Positions 18,115 to 26,537 of a stretch of DNA of 64,000 nt are shown here, in pieces. The first letter of the stretch is position 1; every line of letters starts with the position of its first letter. The DNA is from Bacillota bacterium. GTDB taxonomy: Bacteria > Bacillota > Clostridia > Christensenellales > CAG-138. The stretch is taken from contig JAEYHP010000087.1 in the NCBI GenBank assembly GCA_023409435.1, positions 12,961-76,960 of the forward strand. Direction: 5' to 3'. The position numbers were made by a program, and so were the translations under genes. Below the pieces are notes generated by a model. It saw nothing but the letters and a program-made list of their open reading frames with translations. It was not told the origin of the DNA and made no database searches.

Positions 18115-18525
18115 ATGAAAAAGCTGTTGCTTCGTATTGCCGGAGTGCTTTGTATTGCGCTTGGCATGCTGGGGATTTTTCTCCCGGTGCTGCCTACCAC
18201 GCCTTTTGTTTTGCTTGCGGCAAGCTGCTTTGCCGCTTCGAGCCCCAGGCTCTATGCGTGGCTGATCAGAAACAAGCATTTTGGCCCGTTTATTGAAAAT
18301 TACCGGCATGGCTGCGGCGTGCCGAAAAAGCGTAAGCGGGAAGCCATTTTCTTTTTATGGGGCACGCTTTGCGTGTCTGCTGCCCTGTTCCGTCAGCCGC
18401 TCGTCTGGGGCATTTTATTGCTCGTGGGCATTGGCGTCACATTGCACCTGCTGCTGATCAAGACGGCGGAGGATGAAAAGGAAAAGCCCGCACGGGACCG
18501 TCCAAAAGAGAGCGGTCCCGCGTGA
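18115..18525 (+). CDS. DUF454/YbaN family inner-membrane protein
   Basis: ATG 18115 gives MKKLLLRIAGVLCIALGMLGIFLPVLPTTPFVLLAASCFA..., the typical YbaN N-terminus. Confidence 0.75.
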   Translation: MKKLLLRIAGVLCIALGMLGIFLPVLPTTPFVLLAASCFAASSPRLYAWLIRNKHFGPFIENYRHGCGVPKKRKREAIFFLWGTLCVSAALFRQPLVWGILLLVGIGVTLHLLLIKTAEDEKEKPARDRPKESGPA

Positions 18526-18540
18526 GCAGTCCATTGTCCC

Positions 18541-19887
18541 TTACTCGCTCCAGTCCGCCTGCGTCAGCAGGCGGATTTCAACTTGCCGTTGCGGTTCCAA
18601 CTCTTTGACAAACCGGAGAAACGCCGTTTCCCAGCATTCCGGCCCACTTGCGGGCTGCTCCGAATACCGGCTGTTCAGGCGTCTCAAAACGGCCGCCAGC
18701 TCTTCGTTGGTAAGCATTTGATATACTTGGGGCAACGCTTCTTCCTCAAAACACAGCGGGATAATTTCCAGCCAGTCCTCCAGGGAACGCATCTGGCTTT
18801 TCAGCAGCGCAAGCTTATCCGAAAGGAAGCGCATGTCACGCAGTTCCTCAATCAGATCGCGCAGCGCTTCATCCGCCATGGGCTTGCGTTTGCGGTAGCG
18901 TACGCCAGGCTTTTTCTGTTCCGCCTCGGGGAAGGCGGAGAATATGCCCTGCAGCGCCTCTTCCGTCCGCTGTGCGAGGAGGCGGGCGAGCAGTTCCGCT
19001 TCCGCCCGCCTAAGATATGCGCAAAGCGCGGCGTCATTTTGCAGCCCATCCACTTTCATAAGCCTTGACCCGGCCTGACGAATGAGCTCAGTGAGCTGCT
19101 CTTCGGAGCATGCTTCCATCAGCCGCCACAGCGCCGCGCGGTCGGCATTATGGATATTCAAGGGCTGGACTTCCTTTTTCAGCAGCGCCCGGCCCATAGC
19201 GTTAAAATACACCGGCTCAAACAGGTTGATAATTGCCTCATCCGGCTCCGGGCAGTACCCGCGCAGCAGGCGGGAGACGGTTTTTTGATCAAACAGCGTC
19301 AGGAAGCGGGTTTCGGGGAGTATATGCTCCAAATAGGCGCTGATGTAGGCAATGCCCTCGCCCTCCAACGGAAAAAACAGCGGATAATCTATCATGCACG
19401 GAATGTCGTGCGTGCCGTGCCAAAAATCGTACCGACGGAAGAATTGTGGCAGCGCTTCGTTGCAGGTGGCAAGATACGCCAGGTTTTGGGTTGTAAAGCC
19501 GCATTCCTGAAGCTCTGAGAAAAGCGCCTTTCCTCTTTCCAACTCTTTGCGCACTAGCGTTCGGCCTTCCAAAAACAGCGCGGAAAGAGCCTGTTCTTTG
19601 ATGAATCGAGCCGCGTCAGCAAGGCTTCCGGCTTGCTGCAGGCGCAGCCCCAGGCAGAAGCAGACGGAGCGGTACAGCGACTGTGCCGTTTCCACTGGGA
19701 TGGAACTCGAGTCCCCCATGGTATAGCGTGCGGTTTCGTCCGCAAGCAGTCTGTACAAACTAAGCTGCAGTTTGGGAAGGTCTTCGGCGTCGAGTATCCC
19801 GGCATTTGCGCCGTGGCGCAGCACGGCGTGGAAATAATCTCCGCCCGCATATGCCGCCTGCCCGGGGTGCATCAGGGAAGCCGACAT
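18541..19887 (-). CDS. Hypothetical protein (448 aa), second gene of a two-gene operon
   Basis: Long ORF with normal composition. The ATG lies 1 nt after the upstream stop (TAG C ATG). No catalytic motif recognised. Confidence 0.6.
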   Translation of the reverse strand: MSASLMHPGQAAYAGGDYFHAVLRHGANAGILDAEDLPKLQLSLYRLLADETARYTMGDSSSIPVETAQSLYRSVCFCLGLRLQQAGSLADAARFIKEQALSALFLEGRTLVRKELERGKALFSELQECGFTTQNLAYLATCNEALPQFFRRYDFWHGTHDIPCMIDYPLFFPLEGEGIAYISAYLEHILPETRFLTLFDQKTVSRLLRGYCPEPDEAIINLFEPVYFNAMGRALLKKEVQPLNIHNADRAALWRLMEACSEEQLTELIRQAGSRLMKVDGLQNDAALCAYLRRAEAELLARLLAQRTEEALQGIFSAFPEAEQKKPGVRYRKRKPMADEALRDLIEELRDMRFLSDKLALLKSQMRSLEDWLEIIPLCFEEEALPQVYQMLTNEELAAVLRRLNSRYSEQPASGPECWETAFLRFVKELEPQRQVEIRLLTQADWSE

Positions 19888-19888
19888 G

Positions 19889-20326
19889 CTACTCCTCCTC
19901 TTCTTCGTACCGGATGTCTCGGCAGAGGTCCTCGAGCAGGGTGCCGGTAAGGTACTCCACGGAACCTTCGCAGTCTCCGTCGAAATGCTCCTTCATGAAG
20001 GCGATCAGTTCGTCGTCTGTGAGGGCGTCGAGCGACTCGTTTTTAAAGTAATAAAATGCGTCCTGCAACTCCAGCAGGGTTTCCACATACGTCTCCTGAA
20101 ACAGGTAGGGCGAATCGCAGAAGGCGAACGCCAGCTTTTCTAAAATGCCCTTGCCGAACTCCACGCGTCCGGTTTCTTTTAGCGCGGCTGCACGCTTTTC
20201 CACCAGCGTTGCAATGTCCTGTTCGCTTAAAGTTAACCCATACCTTGCCGTGAGCGCGTTTACTTCGCGCAGGCCCTGCGCTTCCATGGTTTGCTGTAAC
20301 ATCAGCGGGGAAAGAAACTGTTCCAT
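19889..20326 (-). CDS. Hypothetical acidic protein (145 aa), first gene of a two-gene operon
   Basis: ORF ending in ...IRYEEEEE. Its terminal GAAGAAGAGGAGGAG codons form the Shine-Dalgarno for the next gene. Confidence 0.6.
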   Translation of the reverse strand: MEQFLSPLMLQQTMEAQGLREVNALTARYGLTLSEQDIATLVEKRAAALKETGRVEFGKGILEKLAFAFCDSPYLFQETYVETLLELQDAFYYFKNESLDALTDDELIAFMKEHFDGDCEGSVEYLTGTLLEDLCRDIRYEEEEE

Positions 20327-20414
20327 TTTGCGTCACCTCGGGCTCATTGTAGCGCCATCGGAACTTCAGTACCAGTCTTGAAAAAATGCCCGTTTTGTGG
20401 TATAGTATCAGTGT

Positions 20415-20458
20415 AAAAAGAAAAAGAACTGCGGATTTTCTGCAGTTCTTTTCTTTTT
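20415..20458 (-). terminator. Long A-rich/T-rich hairpin downstream of mntP
   Basis: AAAAAGAAAAAGAACTGC ... GCAGTTCTTTTCTTTTT, an imperfect stem with a 2-nt bulge and A/T runs on both sides. Confidence 0.5.
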
Positions 20459-20470
20459 GCTCAATCTTTT

Positions 20471-21052
20471 TTAAAAACTTATGACCCCAAGATGCTCCAG
20501 CAATATCTTTGTGCCGATCAATATCAGCACAACGCCGCCCACGATCTCGGCTTTACTTTGCAAATTGCCCCTTGCTGCATGCCCGAGCCACACGCCGATG
20601 CAGGAAAGCGTGAAAGTCGTAAGGCCGATGGAAAGCGCAGCAGGGATGATCCGCACCTCTAAAAACGCGAATGTAATGCCCACCGCCAGCGCATCTATAC
20701 TGGTGGCGATTGCGGAAAGGGTAAGCTGGTGCAAAGAGAACGCGTCCGTTCTCGGGCCGCACTCGCCTTTGCTTTCGCAGGTATTGCGGGATTCGTATAT
20801 CATTTTGCCGCCGATAAAAGCGAGCAGCCCAAAAGCGATCCAATGATCGACCGGGACGATGTAGCTTCTGAACTGCGTGCCCAAAAGAAAGCCGAGTACT
20901 GGCATCACCGCCTGGAACACGCCGTAAAACCCGCCGGTTAAAAATATGTTCTTGTACTTCAGCTCGCGCATGGCGAGCCCTTTACATACCGCGACCGCAA
21001 ATGCGTCCATGGAAAGCCCGATTGCGAGAAAGATAAGCTCCCAAATCGACAT
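20471..21052 (-). CDS. mntP: Manganese efflux pump MntP
   Basis: Start ATG 21052 (MSIWELIFLAIGLSMDAFAVAVCKG) after GGAGGA. Two DUF204-type repeats (SMDAFAV / SIDALAVG). Sits behind a Mn2+ riboswitch. Confidence 0.85.
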   Translation of the reverse strand: MSIWELIFLAIGLSMDAFAVAVCKGLAMRELKYKNIFLTGGFYGVFQAVMPVLGFLLGTQFRSYIVPVDHWIAFGLLAFIGGKMIYESRNTCESKGECGPRTDAFSLHQLTLSAIATSIDALAVGITFAFLEVRIIPAALSIGLTTFTLSCIGVWLGHAARGNLQSKAEIVGGVVLILIGTKILLEHLGVISF

Positions 21053-21094
21053 ACGTTGCGTTTCCTCCAAGCGTTCATTTGTTAATCGGGGCAA

Positions 21095-21222
21095 ATAAAA
21101 AACCCATGGGCAACATTATGTTGCCCATGAGTCTTGTTATAAAAAGGCAAACCAGGCGGTTAAGCCAGCATGTTGACTTGCCTCGCAGCCCATATAAGCT
21201 GCGTAACTACTCCCTCACGGAA
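21095..21222 (-). promoter_or_regulatory. yybP-ykoY (Mn2+) riboswitch with expression-platform terminator
   Basis: The minus strand reads GUGAGGGAGUAG...GGCAAGUCAACAUG...AACAAGACUCAU, matching the conserved GGGGAGUAG / UUGACAU / CAAGAC elements with P1 GUGAG/CUCAU. It is followed by CAUGGGCAAC-AUAAU-GUUGCCCAUG plus U6, whose left arm overlaps the P1 3' strand. Confidence 0.8.
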
Positions 21223-21232
21223 TATCCTTGTC

Positions 21233-21261
21233 AGTATAACACGGGACAGGCTCTTATTCAA
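21233..21261 (-). promoter_or_regulatory. Sigma-A-like promoter for the riboswitch-mntP unit
   Basis: TTGAAT, 17 nt, then TATACT with TG at the extended -10 position. The -35 overlaps the stop codon of the upstream YibE/F gene. Confidence 0.5.
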
Positions 21262-22483
21262 CAGGCAGATTGCCGGTAAGGGGCTGCAGCGGGCGTTCGT
21301 CCGCATGGACCCGGGCCTTTGCCTGCGCAGGAGCAGCAGCTTTTTTGTACATGGCCACGCAAATGGCCGCGGTACATGGGCAGACGAGTATGAGGCCGAG
21401 GCAGCCCACAAACGTATGCAAAATCTCCGCCGCCACCATTTTGGAGTTAAATATGCTCATCATCGGCGTGCCCTGCGCCATATACACCATCATGACGGAA
21501 ATATAGCTGCCCATGTACGCTAAGAGAAGCGTGGTGGTCTGGCTCCCCACCACCGAGCGGCCGATGGTGAGGCCGGAACGCAGCAGCGCCTTGGGGGTGA
21601 TGGCGGGGTTCGCAAGCGCCACTTCGTCGAGCGCGGAAGAAATATCGATGGCAAGGTCCAATATGGCGCCGGAGCAGGCAAGATATATGCCCGCCTGGAA
21701 GGTCGCCGTTAAATCCAGGTTTTCAAACCCCGCATACAGCAGCGATTCGGACCACTGCATCACCGCCCCGTGGATGTTGAACCACCCTCCCAGCAGGATG
21801 GCGATGAGGCATGTGAACAGCGAGCAGGCGACGGAGCCGAGGATCGCCGCGTACGCTTTTTGGGTAAAGCCCGCTACCAGTAAAAGCGTTGCGATGGTAA
21901 TGAGATTGCCGATCAAAAGCGCCAGCAGGATGGGGTCATACCCGCGCAGCATGCCGGGCACAAGTATTTTCCATATGGAAAGCAGCGCGAACGCAAAGGA
22001 GAGAAGCGTACGTATGCCGGTAAAGCCGGAAAGCAGCACGATGCCCAAGGCAAACAGGCCGATGAGTGTCAGTTCCTTATCAATGCGGTAATGCTCCACC
22101 ATGTTGGCGAACACGATGTTGTTCGCTGTATCGCGTTCCAGCAGCACCCATGCGATATCGCCGGGGAGAAACGCTTTATCGAACTCCAGCTTGCCTATAT
22201 AGAAGTTGGTGGCGGGCGTCGTCTCGCCTTTGTGGGTGCCGGACAGGATTTCGATGACGCAGCTTTGCGCGCCCTGTTTTAAAAGGCCGGTGTTGTATAC
22301 GCCTTCGTTGTTTACGGAAACCACGCGCGCGCGCACGCCTTCCGAATTCATGTAGATTTGCTTTTCAAAGCCTGTGTCCATGGCAAGCAGCAGGGCGATC
22401 ATGCCCATAAACACAAGGGTGAATATCAGCTCCTTGCGGTTAAAGCGTATGCTTAATGTACGGTTTTTCGGTTTTTGCAGCAA
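21254..22483 (-). CDS. YibE/F family membrane protein
   Basis: An N-terminal TM segment, an extracytoplasmic domain, then about 6 C-terminal TM segments, as in YibE/F proteins. The start is uncertain: I chose TTG 22483, 7 nt after AAAGGAG, while the ORF track starts at TTG 22504. Confidence 0.75.
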   Translation of the reverse strand: MLQKPKNRTLSIRFNRKELIFTLVFMGMIALLLAMDTGFEKQIYMNSEGVRARVVSVNNEGVYNTGLLKQGAQSCVIEILSGTHKGETTPATNFYIGKLEFDKAFLPGDIAWVLLERDTANNIVFANMVEHYRIDKELTLIGLFALGIVLLSGFTGIRTLLSFAFALLSIWKILVPGMLRGYDPILLALLIGNLITIATLLLVAGFTQKAYAAILGSVACSLFTCLIAILLGGWFNIHGAVMQWSESLLYAGFENLDLTATFQAGIYLACSGAILDLAIDISSALDEVALANPAITPKALLRSGLTIGRSVVGSQTTTLLLAYMGSYISVMMVYMAQGTPMMSIFNSKMVAAEILHTFVGCLGLILVCPCTAAICVAMYKKAAAPAQAKARVHADERPLQPLTGNLPVE

Positions 22484-22600
22484 TGGAATGCTCCTTTCCG
22501 ACAAGCCCGTTTAAACGGGCAATCAAAGCCGAGGAACGGCCTTGATAGGGAAAGCTTCCCCGTATCGTCAATACGGGGAAGCATATAAGTTTGCTGGAGA

Positions 22601-24148
22601 TTAGGCAGCTTTTACGCCGGTGAGCTCAACGAGCTTCTTGAAGATATCCGTGTTGTCGTAAGAACCGCCGAACAGTTCTGAGCCTGTGCCCATGGCGTAC
22701 ACGGGGACGGGGGTGCCGGTGTGCGCGTAGGAGGTCCAGCCGATGCCCGCCTTGTTGTTGATGATGTGGGTCAGCGTGACGGAGAGCGGATTATACGTGC
22801 CGTAAAGAAGTTCCGTTTCCGGGTTTACGGTGCGCTCTTCAGCGGGGAGCATAGACTGCTCAAAGCCGTTTACGAGCTTTTCGTATTCATACTCGGTGAG
22901 CACGAAGTTCTTGTTTGCTTCTACGGCGGCGTCCGCGTCATCGGGCGCGATGAGGCCGAAGTTTTCCTTGATGGCCGGGTATACGTCCGCGAACGTGAGC
23001 TCGGGGTTCTGTTCCTTCATGGAGCTTACAAGAGTGTCAAACGCCACATAAGAGATCTTCTGGCGGCTGATAATATCGAACGCCGTGTTGTAGCCGGTGG
23101 CCGCATAGCCAATGGTCATGCCGCCGGTCTCGTGGTCGCCGGTGACGATGATGAGGGTCTCTTTGGGATGTTCCGCGGCAAAGTCTATCGCGACCTGGAT
23201 TGCGTCTTCAAAGGCGTATACGTCGGCGATGGCGGCCATGGCGTCGTTCGCATGGCAGGCCCAGTCGACCTTGCCGCTTTCAGCCATCAGGAAGAAGCCG
23301 TTTTCATTGTCCAGAACGTCGATGCCCTTCTTTACGTAGTCCGCAAGCACCAGCTCGCCTTCCTCCGCGTCCATGGCATAGGGCAGCGCGCCGGAGTCCT
23401 GCGTCACGGGGGTCACCGCGTAGACCTTGCCGGAAGTGTTGTCAAGCGCCAGGATCTCTTCCTTGGTGTCGGCGATCTTGTAGCCGTTCTGCTCAATGAC
23501 ATTGTAGATATCTTCCTTGTCGCTGTCCTTGCCGGTGGGCTGGCCGGCCGTGCCGCCGCCAAAGTAATCAAAGTTACTCTGCGCAAGCTGCATCGAGATG
23601 TCATAATAGTCGTTGCGGGAGGCGATGTGCGCATAGAATGCAGCGGGGGTCGCGTGGTTGATGGTAACGGAGGAAACGACGCCGATCTTCATGCCTTTGG
23701 CCTTCAAAAGCTCAGTAATGCTCACGGGCTTCGTGGTCTTGTCCACATTCAGGCCGATGACACCGCTGTGCGTCTTTACGCCGCAGGAGATTGCGGTGGC
23801 GGTGGAAGCGGAGTCGGGGCAGAAAGAGGTGGAGTCATGCGTGGTGGCAACGCCGGCCACGGGGAACTGCGTGAAGTTCAGAAGCTCGGGCGTCACTTCG
23901 CCGGAGATATTGTCGCCGCGGAATACCTGCGCGGCATTGACCTGCACGTGGGACATACCGTCACCGATGAACACAAATACATACTTCGGGGTCTTTTTCG
24001 GTTCTTCTGTGGGTTCGGGCATGGGCGTGGCGGGCGCTGCCGTCGGGGCGGCGGTCACCTCAGGCGCCTGTACGGGCGCGGCGCAACCTGCAAGCGTTGC
24101 CGCTGCCAGAACGATGACCAGCGCGGCGGTACATAGTTTTTTCAGCAT
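22601..24148 (-). CDS. Alkaline phosphatase (lipoprotein)
   Basis: Lipobox LAGC, metal-site motif FIGDGMS, and the active-site region CPDSASTATA. 515 aa. Confidence 0.85.
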   Translation of the reverse strand: MLKKLCTAALVIVLAAATLAGCAAPVQAPEVTAAPTAAPATPMPEPTEEPKKTPKYVFVFIGDGMSHVQVNAAQVFRGDNISGEVTPELLNFTQFPVAGVATTHDSTSFCPDSASTATAISCGVKTHSGVIGLNVDKTTKPVSITELLKAKGMKIGVVSSVTINHATPAAFYAHIASRNDYYDISMQLAQSNFDYFGGGTAGQPTGKDSDKEDIYNVIEQNGYKIADTKEEILALDNTSGKVYAVTPVTQDSGALPYAMDAEEGELVLADYVKKGIDVLDNENGFFLMAESGKVDWACHANDAMAAIADVYAFEDAIQVAIDFAAEHPKETLIIVTGDHETGGMTIGYAATGYNTAFDIISRQKISYVAFDTLVSSMKEQNPELTFADVYPAIKENFGLIAPDDADAAVEANKNFVLTEYEYEKLVNGFEQSMLPAEERTVNPETELLYGTYNPLSVTLTHIINNKAGIGWTSYAHTGTPVPVYAMGTGSELFGGSYDNTDIFKKLVELTGVKAA

Positions 24149-24256
24149 GGTAATACTCCCCCTTACAAAAATAGTTACAGGGACATTGTAGGGGGCGTTT
24201 GCAAGAAACCCGTAAAGGCCCGGATAAGAAGGTGTGAAGTATGGAAAAATCTGCGT

Positions 24257-24283
24257 AAAAAAACCAGAAGCATGCTTCCGGTT
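24257..24283 (-). terminator. Rho-independent terminator ending the rpsD plus unknown-ORF unit
   Basis: On the minus strand, AACCGGAAGC-AT-GCTTCTGGTT with one mismatch, followed by T7. Confidence 0.6.
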
Positions 24284-24292
24284 TAATATATG

Positions 24293-24949
24293 CTATGCGA
24301 GCAGGCCAACGCGTTCGTTGAGAAACTTCAAAAACCAGTGCCGTGCAAACGGCTCGTGGTAAAAACGCCTGCACCAGTCATCCAATTCCTTTGGCGTGAT
24401 GCGGAAGTCCTCTTCGAATAGGTCGTCCGCCCAGACGGCGTCCTCGACGTATTGCGCCACCTCATAGGTGCTGCGGAAGATCTGCACATACAGCGTAACG
24501 CCGCCTCGGGAAAAGCATGCATTGAAGCGCGCGCAGAACGCCGAAAGCGCATGCATAAGTGGTACGCGGTCCAGTTCCCAAAACTCGTCAAGCTCGCTTA
24601 AAAAGGTGCACAGGGCGTCCTTCTGTAGCACATTGCTTTCCTGTATCCATTCCAGCAGCGCATCCGCCGGAAGCACCGGGGTATACAGGCAGCGGGCTTC
24701 CGGATGCAGCATACCGTAGAATGCTGTGGGCAGGAATACATACTGCAAAAACCCAAGCAACGCGTAAACATCCGGGTAGCCCGCCCAGTTGACGTCCGAT
24801 ATGCCGCGCCGCCGGTCCTCAATTGCCGTGTTGACAAATAAGGGATACCTCGCGCCCGAGGGCTGGAACAGGCTTCGCCACACGTCTTTTTGTGTCAGAT
24901 ACCGTTCCCAGCAGGTATGGCTGCTGTATTGTATCCCGGCCGGTTTCAT
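24293..24949 (-). CDS. Hypothetical protein (218 aa) immediately downstream of rpsD
   Basis: The ATG lies 7 nt after the rpsD stop with no separate SD or promoter. Trp/Phe/Cys-rich with no TM segment. No family recognised. Confidence 0.55.
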   Translation of the reverse strand: MKPAGIQYSSHTCWERYLTQKDVWRSLFQPSGARYPLFVNTAIEDRRRGISDVNWAGYPDVYALLGFLQYVFLPTAFYGMLHPEARCLYTPVLPADALLEWIQESNVLQKDALCTFLSELDEFWELDRVPLMHALSAFCARFNACFSRGGVTLYVQIFRSTYEVAQYVEDAVWADDLFEEDFRITPKELDDWCRRFYHEPFARHWFLKFLNERVGLLA

Positions 24950-24956
24950 ATTTTCA

Positions 24957-25550
24957 TTACCGCGAGTAAAACTCGATGACCATGCTGTCGTTGACTTCCA
25001 CAGGGATCTCTTCCCGAAGCGGCAGGCGGAGAAGTTTGCCGCTAAAGGCGTCCCGGTGCTTCTCGATATAAGGCATGCTGAACGCCTGCGTATCCAGGAA
25101 ATTCGCGTTCAGGTGTTCGTTGGAACGCGTTTTTTCCTTGAGCGCCACCGTATCGCCCACCTTGACCTGGTAAGAGGGGATGGTGATCTTCTCCCCGTTG
25201 ACGCGGATGTGGCCGTGCGTAACCAACTGGCGCGCCTGCCGGATGGAGCCGCCGATGCCGGCCCGGTATACGATATTGTCCAGGCGGCATTCGAGCATGT
25301 TCAGCAGCACGTCGCCCGTCTTGCCCTTTTTGTTCTGCGCCGCGGCAAAGTAACGCCGGAGCTGCTTTTCCAATATGCCGTAGTATGCCTTGATCTTCTG
25401 TTTTTCGGTCAACTGCATGCCGTATTCGGAAACCTTCCTGCGTTTTGCGAACGCGGGCGCGTTGGCGCGCTTCATCGCCTTGGGATGGCCGCATACGTTC
25501 ACTCCCAGCCTGCGGCATTCCTGAAAGCGCGGGCCTCTTCTGGTCGCCAT
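24957..25550 (-). CDS. rpsD: 30S ribosomal protein S4
   Basis: 197 aa. [16 protein letters not shown]...EKQLRRYF... plus an S4 RNA-binding domain ([10 protein letters not shown]...[14 protein letters not shown]). Confidence 0.95.
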   Translation of the reverse strand: MATRRGPRFQECRRLGVNVCGHPKAMKRANAPAFAKRRKVSEYGMQLTEKQKIKAYYGILEKQLRRYFAAAQNKKGKTGDVLLNMLECRLDNIVYRAGIGGSIRQARQLVTHGHIRVNGEKITIPSYQVKVGDTVALKEKTRSNEHLNANFLDTQAFSMPYIEKHRDAFSGKLLRLPLREEIPVEVNDSMVIEFYSR

Positions 25551-25567
25551 AGGATCCTCCTTAAAAT

Positions 25568-25621
25568 GGTTAGTTACATCTAACCGACATCCTGAAATAT
25601 TGGTTAGATTCCTCTAACCGA
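25568..25621 (-). promoter_or_regulatory. rpsD 5' leader with two near-identical tandem hairpins (candidate S4 autoregulatory site)
   Basis: On the minus strand, UCGGUUAGAGGAAUCUAACCA and UCGGUUAGAUGUAACUAACCA. Each has a GGUUAG/CUAACC stem, they are 33 nt apart, and both lie between the promoter and the AAGGAGG RBS. Confidence 0.45.
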
Positions 25622-25626
25622 AAAAT

Positions 25627-25656
25627 ACTATAACAAATTCAAGCGACCTTTGTCAA
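25627..25656 (-). promoter_or_regulatory. Sigma-A-like promoter of rpsD
   Basis: TTGACA, 18 nt, then TATAGT with TG at the extended -10 position. Confidence 0.55.
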
Positions 25657-25681
25657 GCGCGAAAGACGCATGGTAGCGCCG

Positions 25682-26506
25682 CTATAACTCGAGCCGCACC
25701 GGCACGAAGCCCTGCCCACGCTTTAATTCCATGGTTTCGCGGAAACCCATGTCATAGAGCATGGCGGAGATTTCGTCAAACTGCCCGTCCAGCTTGTCGG
25801 CGACGTGCGCGTCGGAGGAGAGGATGACGGGCGCTTTCAATTCCAGCAGCCGCCTCAATAAAAACGGGGCGGGGTAGGGGTCCTTGATAAACCCCCGGGC
25901 GATGGCGCCGGTGTTTACCTCTATGATCTTTCCGGCATTTGCGATTGCCTCAATCGCGTCGAGCGCGATGCGCCGGTATGCGGGGCTTTGCGCGTCAAAA
26001 TAGCGGTTGTCCGCGTTGCGCTTCTGGAAGACGTCGAAATGCCCCACGATATCCACATTGTCGGTGGTCACATAGGAAACCAGGAGATCGTAATACGCCT
26101 GTATCATTTTCAGGGCGTCGCCGCCGAAGCTTTCGTCAATGCAGGCGCGCATCTGCTCGTGGGAATTATCCAGCGTGTGGTACCTGTCGTCCACATACAG
26201 GTAATGCAGCGAGCCTATGATATAATCGAAGCCGTCGGCGGGATAGGGGACGAGGCCGTCGTTCTCAAGCCCCAAGAAAATATCGATCCTGCCCGCATAC
26301 TGCTGTTGCAACTCCCGAATTTCTCTGCGGTAAGCAAGCGTGCCCGTAGGCGTCATGCAGCAGCAGCCGTCAAACGCTGTATAAGCATGGCCGGAAAAGC
26401 CGATGGAGCGGAACCCCAGTTCCAGAGCCTTCTCCACCATTTCGAGTGGGGTGTTCTGCCCGTCGCAATAGATGGTATGGGTGTGCAGATTGGAACGGAT
26501 GCGCAT
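25682..26506 (-). CDS. hisJ: Histidinol-phosphatase, PHP family (HisJ/HisK type)
   Basis: The N-terminal HTHTIYCDG motif of PHP hydrolases. 274 aa. It is the last gene of the his operon. Confidence 0.8.
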   Translation of the reverse strand: MRIRSNLHTHTIYCDGQNTPLEMVEKALELGFRSIGFSGHAYTAFDGCCCMTPTGTLAYRREIRELQQQYAGRIDIFLGLENDGLVPYPADGFDYIIGSLHYLYVDDRYHTLDNSHEQMRACIDESFGGDALKMIQAYYDLLVSYVTTDNVDIVGHFDVFQKRNADNRYFDAQSPAYRRIALDAIEAIANAGKIIEVNTGAIARGFIKDPYPAPFLLRRLLELKAPVILSSDAHVADKLDGQFDEISAMLYDMGFRETMELKRGQGFVPVRLEL

Positions 26507-26537
26507 GCGTTCACTCCTATCAAAAGTATTAGAAAAA

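Noticed and set aside
22721-24136. 471-aa ORF on the + strand
   Set aside because: It lies entirely antisense to the alkaline phosphatase gene, which has clear active-site motifs. Its translation is Arg/Gly/His/Val-rich low-complexity sequence typical of antisense frames in high-GC DNA.
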